A stretch of 64,000 nucleotides of DNA from Somniosus microcephalus (lineage: Eukaryota), in assembly GCA_052327205.1 (NCBI GenBank), contig CM126204.1, forward strand, positions 278,566,001-278,630,000, read 5' to 3'. The translations under genes were made by a program, and so were the position numbers. Position 1 is the stretch's first letter. The number at the start of each line of letters is the position of its first letter. The notes beneath the pieces were generated by a model. That model was not told where the DNA came from, did no database searches, and saw nothing but the letters and a program-made list of their open reading frames with translations. This document shows positions 12,125 through 25,500 of this stretch, piece after piece.

Positions 12125-12735
12125 CAGGAGGTCTGATAAAGGTCTTTAAAATTATGAAGGGATTCGATAGGATGGATGTGGCGGTATTGTTTCCACTGAG
12201 AAGGGACTAGAGAATATGGGAGTACGATGGGAAGTGGTGGAGTTGGAGGAGGCTAGTGTGGAGTATAAACACCAAGATTTATTTATTATTGTTCATTCAT
12301 TGGACGTGGGCACCCTTGATGAAGCCGGTATTTGTGGCCTATCCCAAGTTGCCCTGAGAAGGTGGTGGACCTTCTTCCTGCAACAATTTGATACAACCGA
12401 GCAGTTTGCTCGGCCACTTCAGAGGGCAGTTAAGAGCCAACCACATTGGTGTAGGGCTGAAGTCACATATAGGTCAGACCAGGTAAGGACAGCAGGCCTC
12501 CTTCCCTAAAGGACATCAGTGAACAGCTTTATAGTCATGTTTACTGATGCCAGCTTTTTATTTCCAGATTTCTTTTCAAAGTCTCAAACTGCCATGGTAG
12601 GAATTGAACTCACCTTGTCTGGATTATTAGTCCCGGCCTCTGGATTACTAGTCCAGTAACATAACCGCCGCACTACCATGCTCCTCGACCAGTCGGGCCC
12701 AATGGCCTGTTTCTGTGCTGTACATTCTACGTAAT
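12125..12735 (+). mobile_element. Degenerate CR1 3' fragments flanking an inserted SINE
   Basis: CTGATAAAGGTCTTTAAAATTATGAAGGG (about 12133) and the CR1 tail GGCCTGTTTCTGTGCTGTACATTCTA (about 12704-12729). Confidence 0.6.
12277..12680 (-). mobile_element. tRNA-derived SINE (second family)
   Basis: Minus strand begins GGTAGTGCGGCGGTTATGTTACTGGACTAGTAATCCAGAG..GAGTTCAATTCC (tRNA-like A/B boxes) and ends in an AATAAAT-type tail. Confidence 0.65.
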
Positions 12736-13947
12736 TTTTTGTAGAAAGCCGCTCTTCAAGAGCACATTCATATTTAGCGTTTTATTCTCTCTAGCTTAAC
12801 TAGATAAACTAATTAATATAACTATAAGTAAATGTTTTAATAAAGACTTTAACTACGAGAGTGAGAGAAGCGGCCAGAGATAAAGATAGGCCCAACTTTT
12901 AAGACTCGGAGGGGGTGAAATTGGGTATCAGCCCGTTTGGGGCACTAACTTTTGAAATGTTGAAAACTTTGCGCCAGGCGCTAAAGGATTCTGAGCTTCT
13001 ACTGAATTGGGTGTTAGTGCCCCAGGAAGGAAGTGGGGTGCTAAATCAAGCACTAATGACCTCAGTGGGGCATTACCAGCACAGCTCTACTGAATTTCAG
13101 GTGCAATGCATTCAGCAATGATCCTTCACACTGGTTCCTTCCAGCTCTTAAAGGGGAGGTTGCATCATTGTCCAGATGCTCATTTTCAGCATTGCTGGCT
13201 TTGAGGCGCCCTGTGAGTAAGTGAATCCCCTGATGGCTACTGCTGTTCCCACTCCCAGGGAGAGAGCTCGTCAGTTCACAGGCGTGGCATTGGTGGCTAG
13301 AGTGGATCGAAAGAGGGCAATGCTGTTCCCGGCCACTGGAAGGAGGCCATCCTCTCAGGGCAATGTGGAGGGAAGTGGCCCAGGAGGTCTCGGCCAGTAG
13401 TGTGGTCATACGCAGCCTGACAGGATGACAGCATTCATGATCCCACCACTGCCACTTCGCCATTGCACATGTCGCTGCCCGTCATCCAGCCAGCCCAGAC
13501 TGCTGCCACCCAGCCTGAGGTGGTGCAGTGCACAGCCGGGCATTCCGGGCCCAGAGCTGGTCGAGGGCATCCTGCAAGGCCATCTGTAGTCTCTGGCACC
13601 GACACTCAGCAGCCTTCCACCAGCCCTGCTGCAGCCACTGGGGAAACACTACATAGGAGCACTAGATTAGGAAAGGGGCCAGTAAAGAGGGGAGGCAAGG
13701 GTTTGCACCAGGGTGATTAGTTGATATTTTTGTTGTATATTTGTGGTAAATGGTTTTTGATAAATTTATTACTGGAATGTTGCAGATTTGGTGCTGTGTC
13801 TCTGGGGTGTGGCATGGAATCACAAAGTGATGGAATGATGGTGACGTGCTCAGCAACCGGAAAGAGGACTTGAAGTCACTGGAAACATAGTCTGATGAGG
13901 CGGTCACGGACAAACCTTGCAGAACACCAATTGAGTGGCTGCCTCCT

Positions 13948-15009
13948 CTATCGCTGCTGTTCGTCCTCCTGCTCTTCTCCTTCCTCCTCCTCATCCTCCT
14001 CCTGAGGTAGTGCGGCTAAGCCTGGTGGCAATGGCTGTGTCCTCATGATGGCCAAGTTGTGCAGCATGCAGCAGACGATGACGAAAAGTGACACCCGCTC
14101 AGGTGAGTACTGGAGGGCTCCTCCTGAACGGTCAAGGCAGTGGAACCGTTGCTTGAGCACTCCGATGGTCTGCTCAATGATGGCAGCATGGTTCTCATTG
14201 TACGAGTGCTGGGCAGGACTGTTGGGGTTGCAGAGGGGAGTCATGAGCCAGGTGGAGAGCGGATAGCCCTCATCTCCCAGCAGCCAGCTGCAAGCTTCAT
14301 GTGGTGGTTGGAATAGATCTGGCACAGGATGAAGGCATCGTGGCTGCTTCCAGGATAGCGGGCATTGATGGTCAGGATTCGCCGAGTGTGGTCGCACAGC
14401 AACTGCACATTAAGTGAGTGGTAGCCTTTGCAGTTACGGAATACCTCAGGATTGTTGAGCTGCCCGCAAAGCGACGCGGGTGCAGTCAATAGCGCCCTGC
14501 ACCATGGGGAAGCCCGCTATCCTGGCAAAGCCACATGCACGCTCGCACTGCTTTTCTCTGGTCATGGGGAAGGAAATGTAGTCCCTTCTCCTTCTATAGA
14601 GAACATCTGTGACCTGGCAGATAGAGCAATGGATGGCAAACTGGGAGATGTTGGAGATGTCGCCTGTCACACACTGGAATGATCAACTGCCATTGAAATT
14701 GTGGGCGACGGTGACCTTGACTGCCACCAAGAGCCGTGGTGGTCCTGATCTGAGGCTCGAGGTCTAGCTGCAGGAAGAGGCAGAGCTCTGTGACCACGTA
14801 CTTGCTGAAGCAGAGCCTTCTAACACACTGGTCCTCAGTGAAATTCATGTAGGAGAACTGCTGCCGGAATACCCTGGGTGGGTAAGGCCTCCTGTTGAGA
14901 GCCCTGTTGGCCCTCCTACCTCTGGCCACATTTTGCACTCTTTCTCTGTGCCTCAGTTGCCTCCGATGTTGATGCTGGAGGGCGAGGTCCAGTGCCAGTA
15001 CAGCCCTCA
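13948..15009 (-). pseudogene. Harbinger (HARBI1-like) DDE transposase, frameshifted
   Basis: Motifs across frames: RRPYPPRVFR, GFPMVQGAIDCTRV, NCKGYHSLNVQLLCD, ARYPGSSHDAFIL, WLLGDEGYPLSTWLMTP, IEQTIGVLKQRFHCLD, CCMLHNLA, acidic tail. Confidence 0.9.
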
Positions 15010-15189
15010 TGAAAGGATACAAATATTACACTTTCAAATCGCCCCTCAATGAAACTCAATAATCTTAATGTGCCAGAACACTCGCTGAAATGAAAAACAT
15101 GCAAATTGGTCAAAAGGCCTCTTTGCCGATGTGAAATTAATGATGCAGCATTGTTGGCCGACGAAAACTACACCGGAAGTGGACACCTT

Positions 15190-18100
15190 TAAATATCATT
15201 GGAAGGGGAGGGTGAACAGCCAGTTGTCGTGGTGCATATAGGCACCAACGATATAGGTAAAAAGCGGGATGAGGTCCTAAAAGTGGAATATAGGGAGTTA
15301 GGAGGTAAATTAAAAAATAGGACCTCAGAGGTAGTAATCTCAGGATTGCTACCAATGCCACGTGCTAATCAGAGTAGAAATAGAAGGATATTTCAGATGA
15401 ATACGTGGCTAGAGGAATGGTGCAAGGGGGAGGGATTCAAGTTCCTGGGACATTGGAACCGGTTTTGGGGGAGGTGGGACCAATTCAAACCGGACGGTTT
15501 GCACCTGGGCAGGGCTGGAACCGATGTCCTAGGGGGAGTGTTTGCTAGTGCTCTGGGGGAGGGTTTAAACTAAAATGGCAGGGGGTTGGGAACCTGAGCA
15601 GGGAGACAGAGGAAAGGGAAACAAGGATAGAAGCAAAAGACAGGAAGGAGAAAAACAAAGGTGGCAGTCAGAGAAATCAAGGGTTTAAATCAAACGTGGC
15701 CACAGTAAATAATAATTCTAATAGGTCTAAGAGCGTTAAAAAAACAAGCCTGAAGGCTTTGTGTCTTAATGCGAGGAGCATTCGTAATAAGGTGGATGAA
15801 TTGGCTGTGCAAATAGAGGTAAACGAAGATGACTTGGTTGGGATTACGGAAACGTGGCTCAAGGATGGCCAAGGCTGGGAACTCAACATCCAGGGGTATT
15901 CGATATTCAGGAAAGATAGGCAAAAAGGAAAGGGAGGTGGGGTAACATTAATGGTTAAAGAAGGGATTAACACAATTGTAAGGAAGGATATTAGCTGTGA
16001 TGTGGAATCTGTATGGGTAGAATTGAGAAATACTAAGGGGCAGAAAACGTTAGTGGGAGTGGTATATAGACCTCCAAACAGTAAGGTGGAGGTTGGGGAT
16101 GGCATTAAAAGGGAAATTAAAGAAGCGTGCAATAAGGGCACAGCAGTCATCATGGGTGACTTTAATCTATATATAGATTGGGCTAACCAAATTAGTAACA
16201 ATACTGTGGAGGAGGAATTCCTGGAGTGTTTACGGGATGGTTTCCTGGACCAATATGTCGAGGAACCAACCAGAGATCAGGTCATCTCAGATTGGGTATT
16301 ATGTAACGAGAAAGGATTAATTAGCAATCTTGTTGTACGAGGCCCCTTGGGTCGGAGCAATCATAATATGATCGAATTCTTCATTAAGATGGAGAATGAA
16401 GTAGTTGACTCAGAGACTAGGGTCCTAAATTTAAATAAAGGAAACTACGATGGTCTGAGGCGCGAGTTGGGTAGGATTGATTGGGGAATGTCACTCAAAG
16501 GGTTGACGGTGGGTAGGCAATGGCAAACATTCAAAGACCGAATGGATGAACTACAGAATTTGTTCATCCCAGTTTGGCATAAAAATAAAACAAAAAAGGT
16601 GACTCAACCGTGGCTAACAAGGGAAATTAGGGATAGCATAAGATCCAAGGAGAGGACATATAAATTGGCCAGAAAAAGCAATACTCCTGAGGATTGGGAG
16701 CAGTTTAGGATTCAACAAAGGAGGAAAAAGGGGAAAATAGAGTGTAAGCTTGCAGGGAACGTAAAAACCGACTGTAAAAGCTTTTATAGATATGTGAAGA
16801 GAAAAAGATTGGTGAAGTCAAGCGTAGGTCCCTTGCAACCAGAATCAGGGGAATTTATAATGGGGAACAAAGAAATGGCAGACCAACTAAATACATATTT
16901 TGGTTCTGTCTTCACAAAGGAGGACACAAATAACCTCCCAGAAATGCCGGGGAACATAGGTACTTAAGGAAGTGGCCCTAGAAATAGTAGATGCATTGCT
17001 GGTCATCTTCCAAAATTCTATAGATTCTGGAACAGTACCCATGGATTGGAGGGTAGCTAATGTTACCCCACTATTCAAAAAAGGTGGTAGAGAAAAAGCG
17101 GGGAATTATAGACCGGTAAGCCTGACATCGGTAGTGGGGAAAATGCTAGAATCCATTGTAAAAGATGTAATAGCAGAGCACTTGGAAAGCAGTGACAGGA
17201 TCGGACAAAGTCAACATGGATTTACAAAAAGTAAATCGTGCTTGACTAATCTACTGGAACTTTTTGAGGATGTAACTGGTAAAATAGATAAGGGAGAACC
17301 AGTGGATGTGGTGCATTTGGACTTTCAGAAGGCTTTCGATAAGGTCCCGCATAAGAGATTAGCATGCAAAATTAAGGCACATGGGATTGGGGGCAAGGTA
17401 TTGACTTGGATAGAGAACTGGTTGGTGGATAGAAAGCAGAGTTGGAATAAACGGGTCGTTTTCTGAGTGGCAGGCAGTGACTAGTGAGGTACCGCAAGGA
17501 TTGGTCCTAGGACCCCAGCTGTTCACAATATATATTAATGATCTGGACGAGGGAATTGGATGTAATATCTCCAAATTTGCAGACGACACAAAGCTGGGTG
17601 GGAGGGTATGCTGTGAGGAGGATGTCGTGAAACTCCAGTACGATTTGGACAGGTTGGGTGATTGGGCAGAAACATGGCAAATGCACTATAATGTGGATAA
17701 ATGTGAGGCTATCCACTTTGGTGGCAAAAACAGGAAGGTAGATTATTATTTGAATGGCAATAGATTGGGAGAAGGGGAAGTGCAAAGAGACCTGGGTGTT
17801 CTTGTGCACCAGTCGCTGAAGGTAAGCATGCAGGTGCAGCAGACGGTTAAGAAGGCAAATGGTATGTTGGCCTTCGTAGCAAGAGGGTTCGAGTACAACA
17901 ACAAGGATGTCTTGCTGCAGTTGTACAGGGCCTTGGTGAGACCACACCTTGAGTATTGTGTGCAGTTTTGGTCGCCTTACCTGAGGAAGGACGTTCTTGC
18001 CATGGAAGGAGTGCAGCGAAGATTCACCAGGCTGATACCTGGGATGGTAGGAATGACGTATGAGGAGAGATTGTGTCGATTGGGCTTATACTCACTGGAG

Positions 18101-18502
18101 TTTAGAAGATTGAGAGAGGATCTCATCGAAACCTATAAAATTCGGTCAGGCCTGGACAGACTAGATGCAGGAAGGATGTTTCCGATGGCAGGGGGGTCCA
18201 GAACCAGGGGTCATAGTCAAAGGATAAGGGGTAAGACATTTAGGACTGAAATGAGGAGGAATTTCTTCACCCAGAGAGTGGTGAACCTGTGAAATTCTCT
18301 GCCACAGAGGGTGGTGGAGGCCAGTTCATTAAATATATTCAAGAAGGAGTTGGATATATTTCTTAAGGCTAAAGGGATCAAGGGATATGGGGAGACGGCA
18401 GGGACAGGGTACTGAATTTGGATGATCAGCCATGATCTCATTGAATGGCGGAGCAGGCTCGAGGGGCCGAATGGCCTACTCCTGCTCCTATCTTCTATGT
18501 TT
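15190..18502 (+). mobile_element. CR1 LINE with ORF1 esterase C-terminus (15199-15573) and broken ORF2 (APE+RT, 15696 to about 18415)
   Basis: SGNH-esterase motifs HIGTND and DGLHL; APE motifs LNARS, GITETW, YRPP, GDFN; RT KFADD; internal deletion near 16960 and frameshifts; tail CTTCTATGTTTC. Confidence 0.95.
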
Positions 18503-18932
18503 CCTCCAGGGGACATCCGACTGAAAGCCGCCTCCTCTACCTGTCATTGTTAACGGCAAGCACACAAGCAGGGGGCGAGAGGGAAAGTTCCATCTGGGGC
18601 GCGACCGGGGCGCTGCCTACGGCAATGACGTCACAATCTCCAGGCGCAGGAGATCGGGGCGCAATGTCTTACCGCTGCCGCAAAACTCCACTGAATTTAG
18701 CGAGAGGCGTTGCTATCGCCGCACCCGGTCGCAAACCCCCCTTTCAAAGCAACTTGTCAAAAACCTTCAGAACTAAACATATAGTACAACATTTTATATT
18801 GGTTCATAAAATTTCGTAGCAATTCTTCTAATTCACCTTTCAGAACATGCCTATTACATTGTAATAGTAGCAGCTCAATGATAATGCATTTCATTAAATG
18901 TACTGAAAAGAAGCAACCCTAAAAGGATTGCC

Positions 18933-19278
18933 TTGCATTTGTATATCATCTTATTACTTTCTTGGGATGTCCCAAAGCACTTAACCATCAATCGATTACT
19001 TTTGTGCATTCATTATTGTTATGTAGGCAAATATGACAGACAATTTGTGCACGTCAAGATCTCAAACAGCAAGTGAAATGAATGATCAGATAATCTGATC
19101 TTTTGGTGGTGTCTTTTGAGAGAGAAGTGTCAGCCAGGGGACTGGGAGAACTCTCTACACACTGGCGCCACGGTATCTTTTACATCCATCTGAGCAGGCA
19201 AACAGGGCCTCAATTTAGTGTCTCATCTGAAAGACAGCAGCTCCGACAATGTAGTACTACCTCAGTACTGCACTGAAG
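18933..19278 (-). mobile_element. Deu-domain SINE, 5'-truncated and diverged
   Basis: Aligns by eye to 11661-12020 (TTGCATTT..TCCCAAAGCAC..TCTCATCTGAAAGACAGC..CAGTACTGCACTG). Confidence 0.75.
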
Positions 19279-19628
19279 TCTCAGAAAGGATTAAGAGACT
19301 GGAAAATAAAGAAAAAAAGTCACTGTTGCTGATTTCTCAGGATACACCACTAAATCTTCACATTGCAGTGGTCAGATGGAGAAATTGCACTCAAGATCAC
19401 ATGTTTGAAATTTCTGATTTCACATGCGACCCTAGAGGGATCAAAGCTGATGATTCTCTCACTAGAAGTGTGTCAGAGCATGCACGCTCATTGCTGTTTT
19501 ACCACAGCATTGACATTAGCAAGGCAAGAAACCTAAGCAGTAGTGAAGCATTCCAATCTATTATAATTGTTACAATGTCAACTTTTTCCAAACACTTATT
19601 CAGCACTACCTGCAAGGCCAGACATATA

Positions 19629-21344
19629 GGGCTCATTTTGCGGGCGGTCAGCGGTGGCAGGTCGGGTGGGAAAGTGTTTTTTTCCCCCAGCGGGTCAGGA
19701 GTCCGCTGTGAACCTGCCACCACACGCATTTCAGTGCTGAGCAGACCCGACGCACAGCGGTGGGTTCACAGCGGGGGACCCAATTCAGGTAATTAGTCGC
19801 TTGTTTACAGCCACTTAACAATTAATTTCAGCTCACCTTCTGCATTTGACAGCTCGCCCACGGGGTTCACGCTGGTCGTGGACCATGTTGGTCAAGCTGA
19901 GGCAGGAGTACAGTGGCCATTCAACCAGCTGTTGAGTTGACAGCTTCAAATGTACAGTAAAAGCTCCCACCTTAGAGATATCTTCCCTCAGCCACAAGCT
20001 GTTCCTCACTGCATTTCCACAACAGATTCAGAATGCTGCAAGTCTTTACACAAGTCTCCATCCAGTCTGACCTCATTACCTCTCTCACCATTGATAATCG
20101 CTTCTGTCATCGCTACTTCACCTGCCATCTATTCCATCAGCATGGGGGCCCTTTACACTCTCTCACCTTGGTCCTCAGAATCTCACCACGATCAGCCCCA
20201 ACACCAGCAGCACCAGGCACACCAGCAGCACCAACAACAACACCAACCTTCTCCGCAATCAACTGATGCTGCATAGGGCTGAGGGCATCAGCACCCGGCC
20301 AGGGATGGCCTCACCATGGCCAGATTTACTTCATTTGATGCTGTGCACCCTGGCTGCCACATGGTGCGCCAGGTTGGCACCACCCCACACCAACACCATA
20401 AAGCATCCATACAATGCCCAAGCCATTCCTTTCACACTCATCAGCATTGCTGGGGGTACCGTTATGTCTCACCATTCACTGCAACTCACAAAGCCGCTTC
20501 CAAAGGTGCACACAAATCTGTCCAAGAACGCAAAATGTTGAAAATAAAGGTTTCAATGTTTGACAGCACATTCACAGAAATTTTACATGAACATTACATA
20601 AGGCACCTAAGTGCCTACCCTTGTGTACGTTAGTTGGTATGATTGCACTAGGATGAGGGCGAGTGTGAGGGGTGGCTAGTGAGATGGAGATGTGATAATG
20701 TAGATAGAGAGGGATGGGTGGAGGTGCAAGGTAAGTTGGTGTAAGGATGTGCAGGAGTAGGGTAGGGAAGGCAGAGGGATGGGGTTGTGATGAGAGGCAC
20801 AGCAGGATGAGGTTGAGTGTGACTTTGTACTAACGTTCCGTGATCTACTGAGATAATTGAAACGTGTGTGGCACTGCACCCAGGTCCTCCTGACCACATC
20901 CCTGTTTGTGCCCTCCTCTGCAATGAGCAACCAGGCTGTGTTGATCTCCTGGGGAGGTCTCTTCCGCCTATGGGAAGGGAAGAGGACCTCCATGCATGCT
21001 GTGACTCCACCCATAAACATATGTAGTGAGTCATGGAAGAGCCTGGTTGCAGCCCTGCACCTCTGTGCAGTGCTTACAGCACCTCAATGCTGCAGAACAT
21101 TGACAGCACAAATGTCAAAATAAAGTTGGCCATGGTCCCTTTAAGGAAACCGGCTGATGGTGCATCATCAAATGACGTTACCAGACCCGCTTCCTCTAAT
21201 TGGCCGGGAAATGAGCTGGGCGGGCTTAACAAGCCCAATATGGGGAAATTCATTTCAGAGGCCAGAATGGAAACAGCAGCGGGGTTGGGACCCACCATCG
21301 ACGTCGCCCACCACAGACCCACCAAGGTTCGTAAAATCGCGGCC
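19629..21344. mobile_element. Non-autonomous PIF/Harbinger derivative (copy 3, uninterrupted, 1716 bp)
   Basis: TIRs GGGCTCATTTT / AAAATCGCGGCC; ATA TSD (19626-19628, 21345-21347). Myb/SANT exon at about 20835-21060 (-): EVLFPSHRRKRPPQEINTAWLLIAEE..RTWVQCHTRFNYL. Confidence 0.85.
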
Positions 21345-21390
21345 ATAAACTCAGGAATAGAGTGAATGGAGCATCAACGGAAAGGAAAGG

Positions 21391-21833
21391 ACTTGCATTT
21401 ATATAGTGCCTTTCACAACTTCAGGAAGTCCCAAAGCACTTTACAGCCAATGAAATGCTTTTGAAGTGTAGTCACTGTTGTAATATAGGGAAATATAGCA
21501 GCCAATTTGCACGGAGCAAGGTCCTACAAACAGCAATGAGATAATGATCAGATAATCTGTTTTAGTGATGTTGGTTGAGGGATACATATTGGCCGGGACA
21601 CTGAGAACTCCCCTGCTCCTTTTCGAATAGAGCCATTTTACATCCAACCAAGAGGGCAGATGGGGCCTCGGATTGACATCTCATCCGAAAAATGGCACCT
21701 TCAACAATGCAGCACTCCCTCAGTACTGCACTGAGGTATCAGCCTTGATTATATGCTCACATTTCTGGAGTGGGACTTGATCCCACGACTTTCTGAAATA
21801 GAGACAAGAATGCCCACTGAGCGAAGGCTGATA
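21391..21833 (-). mobile_element. Deu-domain SINE
   Basis: Same family as 11661-12118. Confidence 0.8.
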
Positions 21834-22321
21834 CCTATCTGCAGAATGAACAATTACCTTCGTAAGATATTTGCAATCAGAAGGCACACAGGTTGTGCAC
21901 TGTGCGTTATTCTCCTCTTCAACAGGCAAAAATACTACAGCAACAGACTGTATATTTCAGGCTAAAATTATGAATCGAATTTATCACTTGATAATTCACA
22001 TGGAAGCAAAAATATATGATTAACTTGCACAATACTGTTTAGAGAATGGCTGCTCTCATTATTTCCTGATTTCAAAATAACAAAATTGTTCCAGAGTCTT
22101 TATAGAATCTTAAAACTGAATCCTTCGAAGATCTTTTCCATAGATGAAAACCCCTGTTCCATGGAGCTCTGCATCATTACTGTGATGTAGAAACACAGTT
22201 GAACTGAGTTAACCAAATATCCTAATACCGAGCCATACTCCTCACTTTCTCTGAAATGGGGGCCAGCTTCTTTGAAGAACACAGAGTTCTTTCTCAACAG
22301 GCCAGTAATTATAGCATTCAC

Positions 22322-22502
22322 TATTATGTCCGTGTATAATTGAGACACAGACAGCAGGAGTTGATTATAACAAGTCTTTACTGAATGGAGACAATCGGGA
22401 AACTGAAACTACAGAAGATTGCTAGCGCCTTTTATACAGGGGTGGTCACTGCCGGTACTGCAGTCTGAGACCAGTTATTCCCTTAAAGGTACATACACAA
22501 CA
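22322..22502 (-). mobile_element. Solo LTR related to the Gypsy A/B LTRs
   Basis: TTCAC 5-bp TSD (22317-22321, 22503-22507). Ends T(A)TTATGTCCGTGT..AAAGGTACATACACAACA resemble TGTAGTGTCCGTGT..AAAGGCACATACACCACA of LTR 39745-39918. Confidence 0.8.
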
Positions 22503-25500
22503 TTCACCATAGTAGATGGAGATGTGTATAGCTCACTGGGGTTTTACTAGGTGACGTCTGAAACAAAGCCCACTAATATTTGATGCAACCACATGCACAA
22601 AGGGCTTAATTTTTTCTCCATAGCAAACTTCCCCAATTATCATTTCACTAACCAAATGTAGTAGATGGATTTGATTAGGCTTTGGTTATAGGCAATAATG
22701 AGAGACAAAGCACCTTCCCTTGAGGTGGCAGCTATTCTCCAGACAGTATTCTGTACTGCTTAAAATTTAGACTCCAAGCTAAAGATTAAAGAAATTCCTT
22801 CAGAGGCAACTGAAAGTATTTTATTTTAAACTCACTGTGCAATGGCCAGGCTACAAATTTCACATGAACAAAGCAGAAATATTTTATGAAATATGATGCA
22901 AAACAGGATCCATTGTTTAATGCTTTAGTGCCAATTGTTAGAATATAGGCGTGCTAAAAATCTGATAGCTGAACAGAACCAGCAATGAAATTAAGGAAAT
23001 TCACAGCAAGTGAACTGGCATCTAAAAAAGATGCGGACCATTCCCACGAGACATTAACCTTTCTTTCTCTTTCAGAAACTGATCAATCTGTTGTGCATTT
23101 CCACTGTTGCAGGTTTTTCTTCTTATCTCAAGCAATATATACTTGCCCTAGCCCAACATGATAACCAGGGAGCACAGGGTCTTAAACCTTTTGATCACAT
23201 CAGGTGACTCCAAATGAAGGAATCAAACCTCCAGATGTCCTCCAATGCAACAAATTGTAAATGAAGAAAAAAAATCAGAATAGTAAAGAGGGAGGGTCAA
23301 TGTTAAAAATAAGAAACCATTTTATGTATTGTTTTTAAAGTCCCAGGTTTCTCAGTGCCGGGTCTGTATTTTCTCTTCATCCAGAAAACAAAATTTCCCA
23401 GGAATTTACACATTTTGACAATAACTTTTGAATCCTCTGGTGTTCTCTTATAATCATTGGTGGATTGGATCACATCAACTCTTTGTACGGCAGGCAACCA
23501 CAGCAAGAAAAATGAAAAATGCACTAAACACAACAGAAAAATAACAAAGCATTCATCATATCAACTCGTATTTTTCTGAAATTCAAAAGTTGACTTTTTC
23601 TCAGTTTGGTTACTGAAAAGCTATTTCACGAGTGTTTTTCACCAGGTGCGGCGTTATATACATTGCCCAAGTAAGTCAAATGAATTTTTAATAAAGATGA
23701 CCATTTTAAAGAATATATATGGCATCATATGGGATGTTATTTCATTCTTTTCCAATTTGAACCTTTGCTGATACGACAACAAAAGGCTTGATAAAGGAAA
23801 TCAGTCAAGCTGATTAATTATGTACAAAAATTAAATGGACACTGATTTATTTTTTTTAGTCAATATATTTGAACTCTGCACCACAATTCAAGAACTCAAT
23901 TTCTGTAATTTATTAATTCTGAGCATTTTTCCATTCAAAATAGATGCTGTTAAATAATCTATTTATTGAGTTTGATTCTTTCATATCATCAAGATCATAG
24001 CTTCCACCATAATGCAGAACACATGAAAGGACAGTACTAAAATCTTCTCAATTGTTCACACCCTGAAATTCTATCCAATCTTCCCTTAATTATTATTTAA
24101 AATTAACAGTATTACCTGCACGGTCTCACTGGGCAATCTATTCCACACACACTCACCCATCCTCTGCAAAAAGTTAAATCTAAATTGTCTGTGCATCTTC
24201 CTTGTTTTGAGCTCTGTGAATTTGATGAAATTGTCTAGCTGGCAAACATTGGCTGGACCTATTTTACATTGTGTTACTTCTCTTAAGTGGTGGAATTTGT
24301 CTTGTTTGCTGGACTTTGCCAAAGCTCTTTTGTACTTTGAACACAAACTGCTGATCACTGTGCATTACTAGGAGATCACAGGAAAAGGATTGGGAGTGCT
24401 GTCAAGCTCATTGGGAAGACTGATCTTTTAACTCTCATACTGATATGAAAGACTCTCTATGGTTCCAAACTAAAGAAAAGTGTTTGGTGGATATTTGCTG
24501 ATACAATGATGGTTTCCACTGTAACCTAATTATTTGTTCAAGAAATCACATAAGACAATACTGGAATTAACTCTAGCACCATGCCATCATGGACAATTTA
24601 GCATTTGACTTTTAAGGTCACCAATAGAGATCTGTGTGTGTAAATTCAGGACCAACTAAAGGGATTTGCACTAAATCATCAGTCAACATGCTTGTAAAAT
24701 TAGCGATCTGTGACTATTGGTGGCTGTAGTCGCTGACTTATTTTTCCAGGTGGCACATTCATTTCCTGTTCAGTTTGTCTCAGAGCCTATTCTTAACAAT
24801 TCAGGATCCTTTACTGGTTTCCACAAAGCTCAATATCACCACCATCTATTTATCCCATGCTACAATACCCAGAGCACTGCAAATAAAGTTGACAGTCTTA
24901 ACCTATATCAGCAGTTATGATAACTGAAAACTTAGCTTACTACATCATTGAAGACAAGAAGATCAATCTATTGCCAATAACAGTGGATAACAAGCAGGAC
25001 AGCCGAGTATTAATGATTTGTCACCATTAGTCACACATACCCTGTCTCAGGCAGCTATGAAACTATAGGGAAAGAAGTCAAGCAGTTCTCATCAACAGCA
25101 CATTATGTTAAAATGTCTTCCAAAGCAAGTCTTCCTATAGTTTTATGCTCTATGTTAGTGAATCTATGTATCGTGTCAACTGGAGATCTTAATAGCAATC
25201 TGGCAACCCAGAAATACTATGTTGCTAATCTGTGCAAATTAATTAGAAGCCAGTTTCAGATTCCAAATTACCCTCAGTCATAAAACATTCAAACCGAGAA
25301 GGATCAGAACAATAAAAATAATCACTGAAAATGTTTTTCTCAAATTCAGACTTACAGTTCTATGGTTTTGTTATTCTCCCTCTCCTTTTTTATCTCCTCC
25401 TTTTCTGCATTATTTTGAAAATAAACTGCCATGTTTCCCCCAATTTATGGGCATCTGGTTCACTGATACACCGACCGAAACCAATTCTTCACTAATTAAT

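Larger units (their letters stand above)
12911..18740 (-). mobile_element. PIF/Harbinger DNA transposon, decayed, interrupted by CR1 15190-18502
   Basis: Left end GGGGGTGAAATT. Transposase remnant on minus; C-terminal remnant of the partner (Myb-type) ORF on plus at about 13300-13720. GC-rich subterminal sequence resumes after the CR1. Right TIR not clearly seen. Confidence 0.7.

Noticed and set aside
15677-17947. Antisense ORFs over CR1 ORF2 (and similar ones over Gypsy pol)
   Set aside because: Typical shadow frames of coding sequence; no independent evidence.
22100-22348. 82-aa minus-strand ORF
   Set aside because: Begins inside the solo LTR; no recognisable homology.
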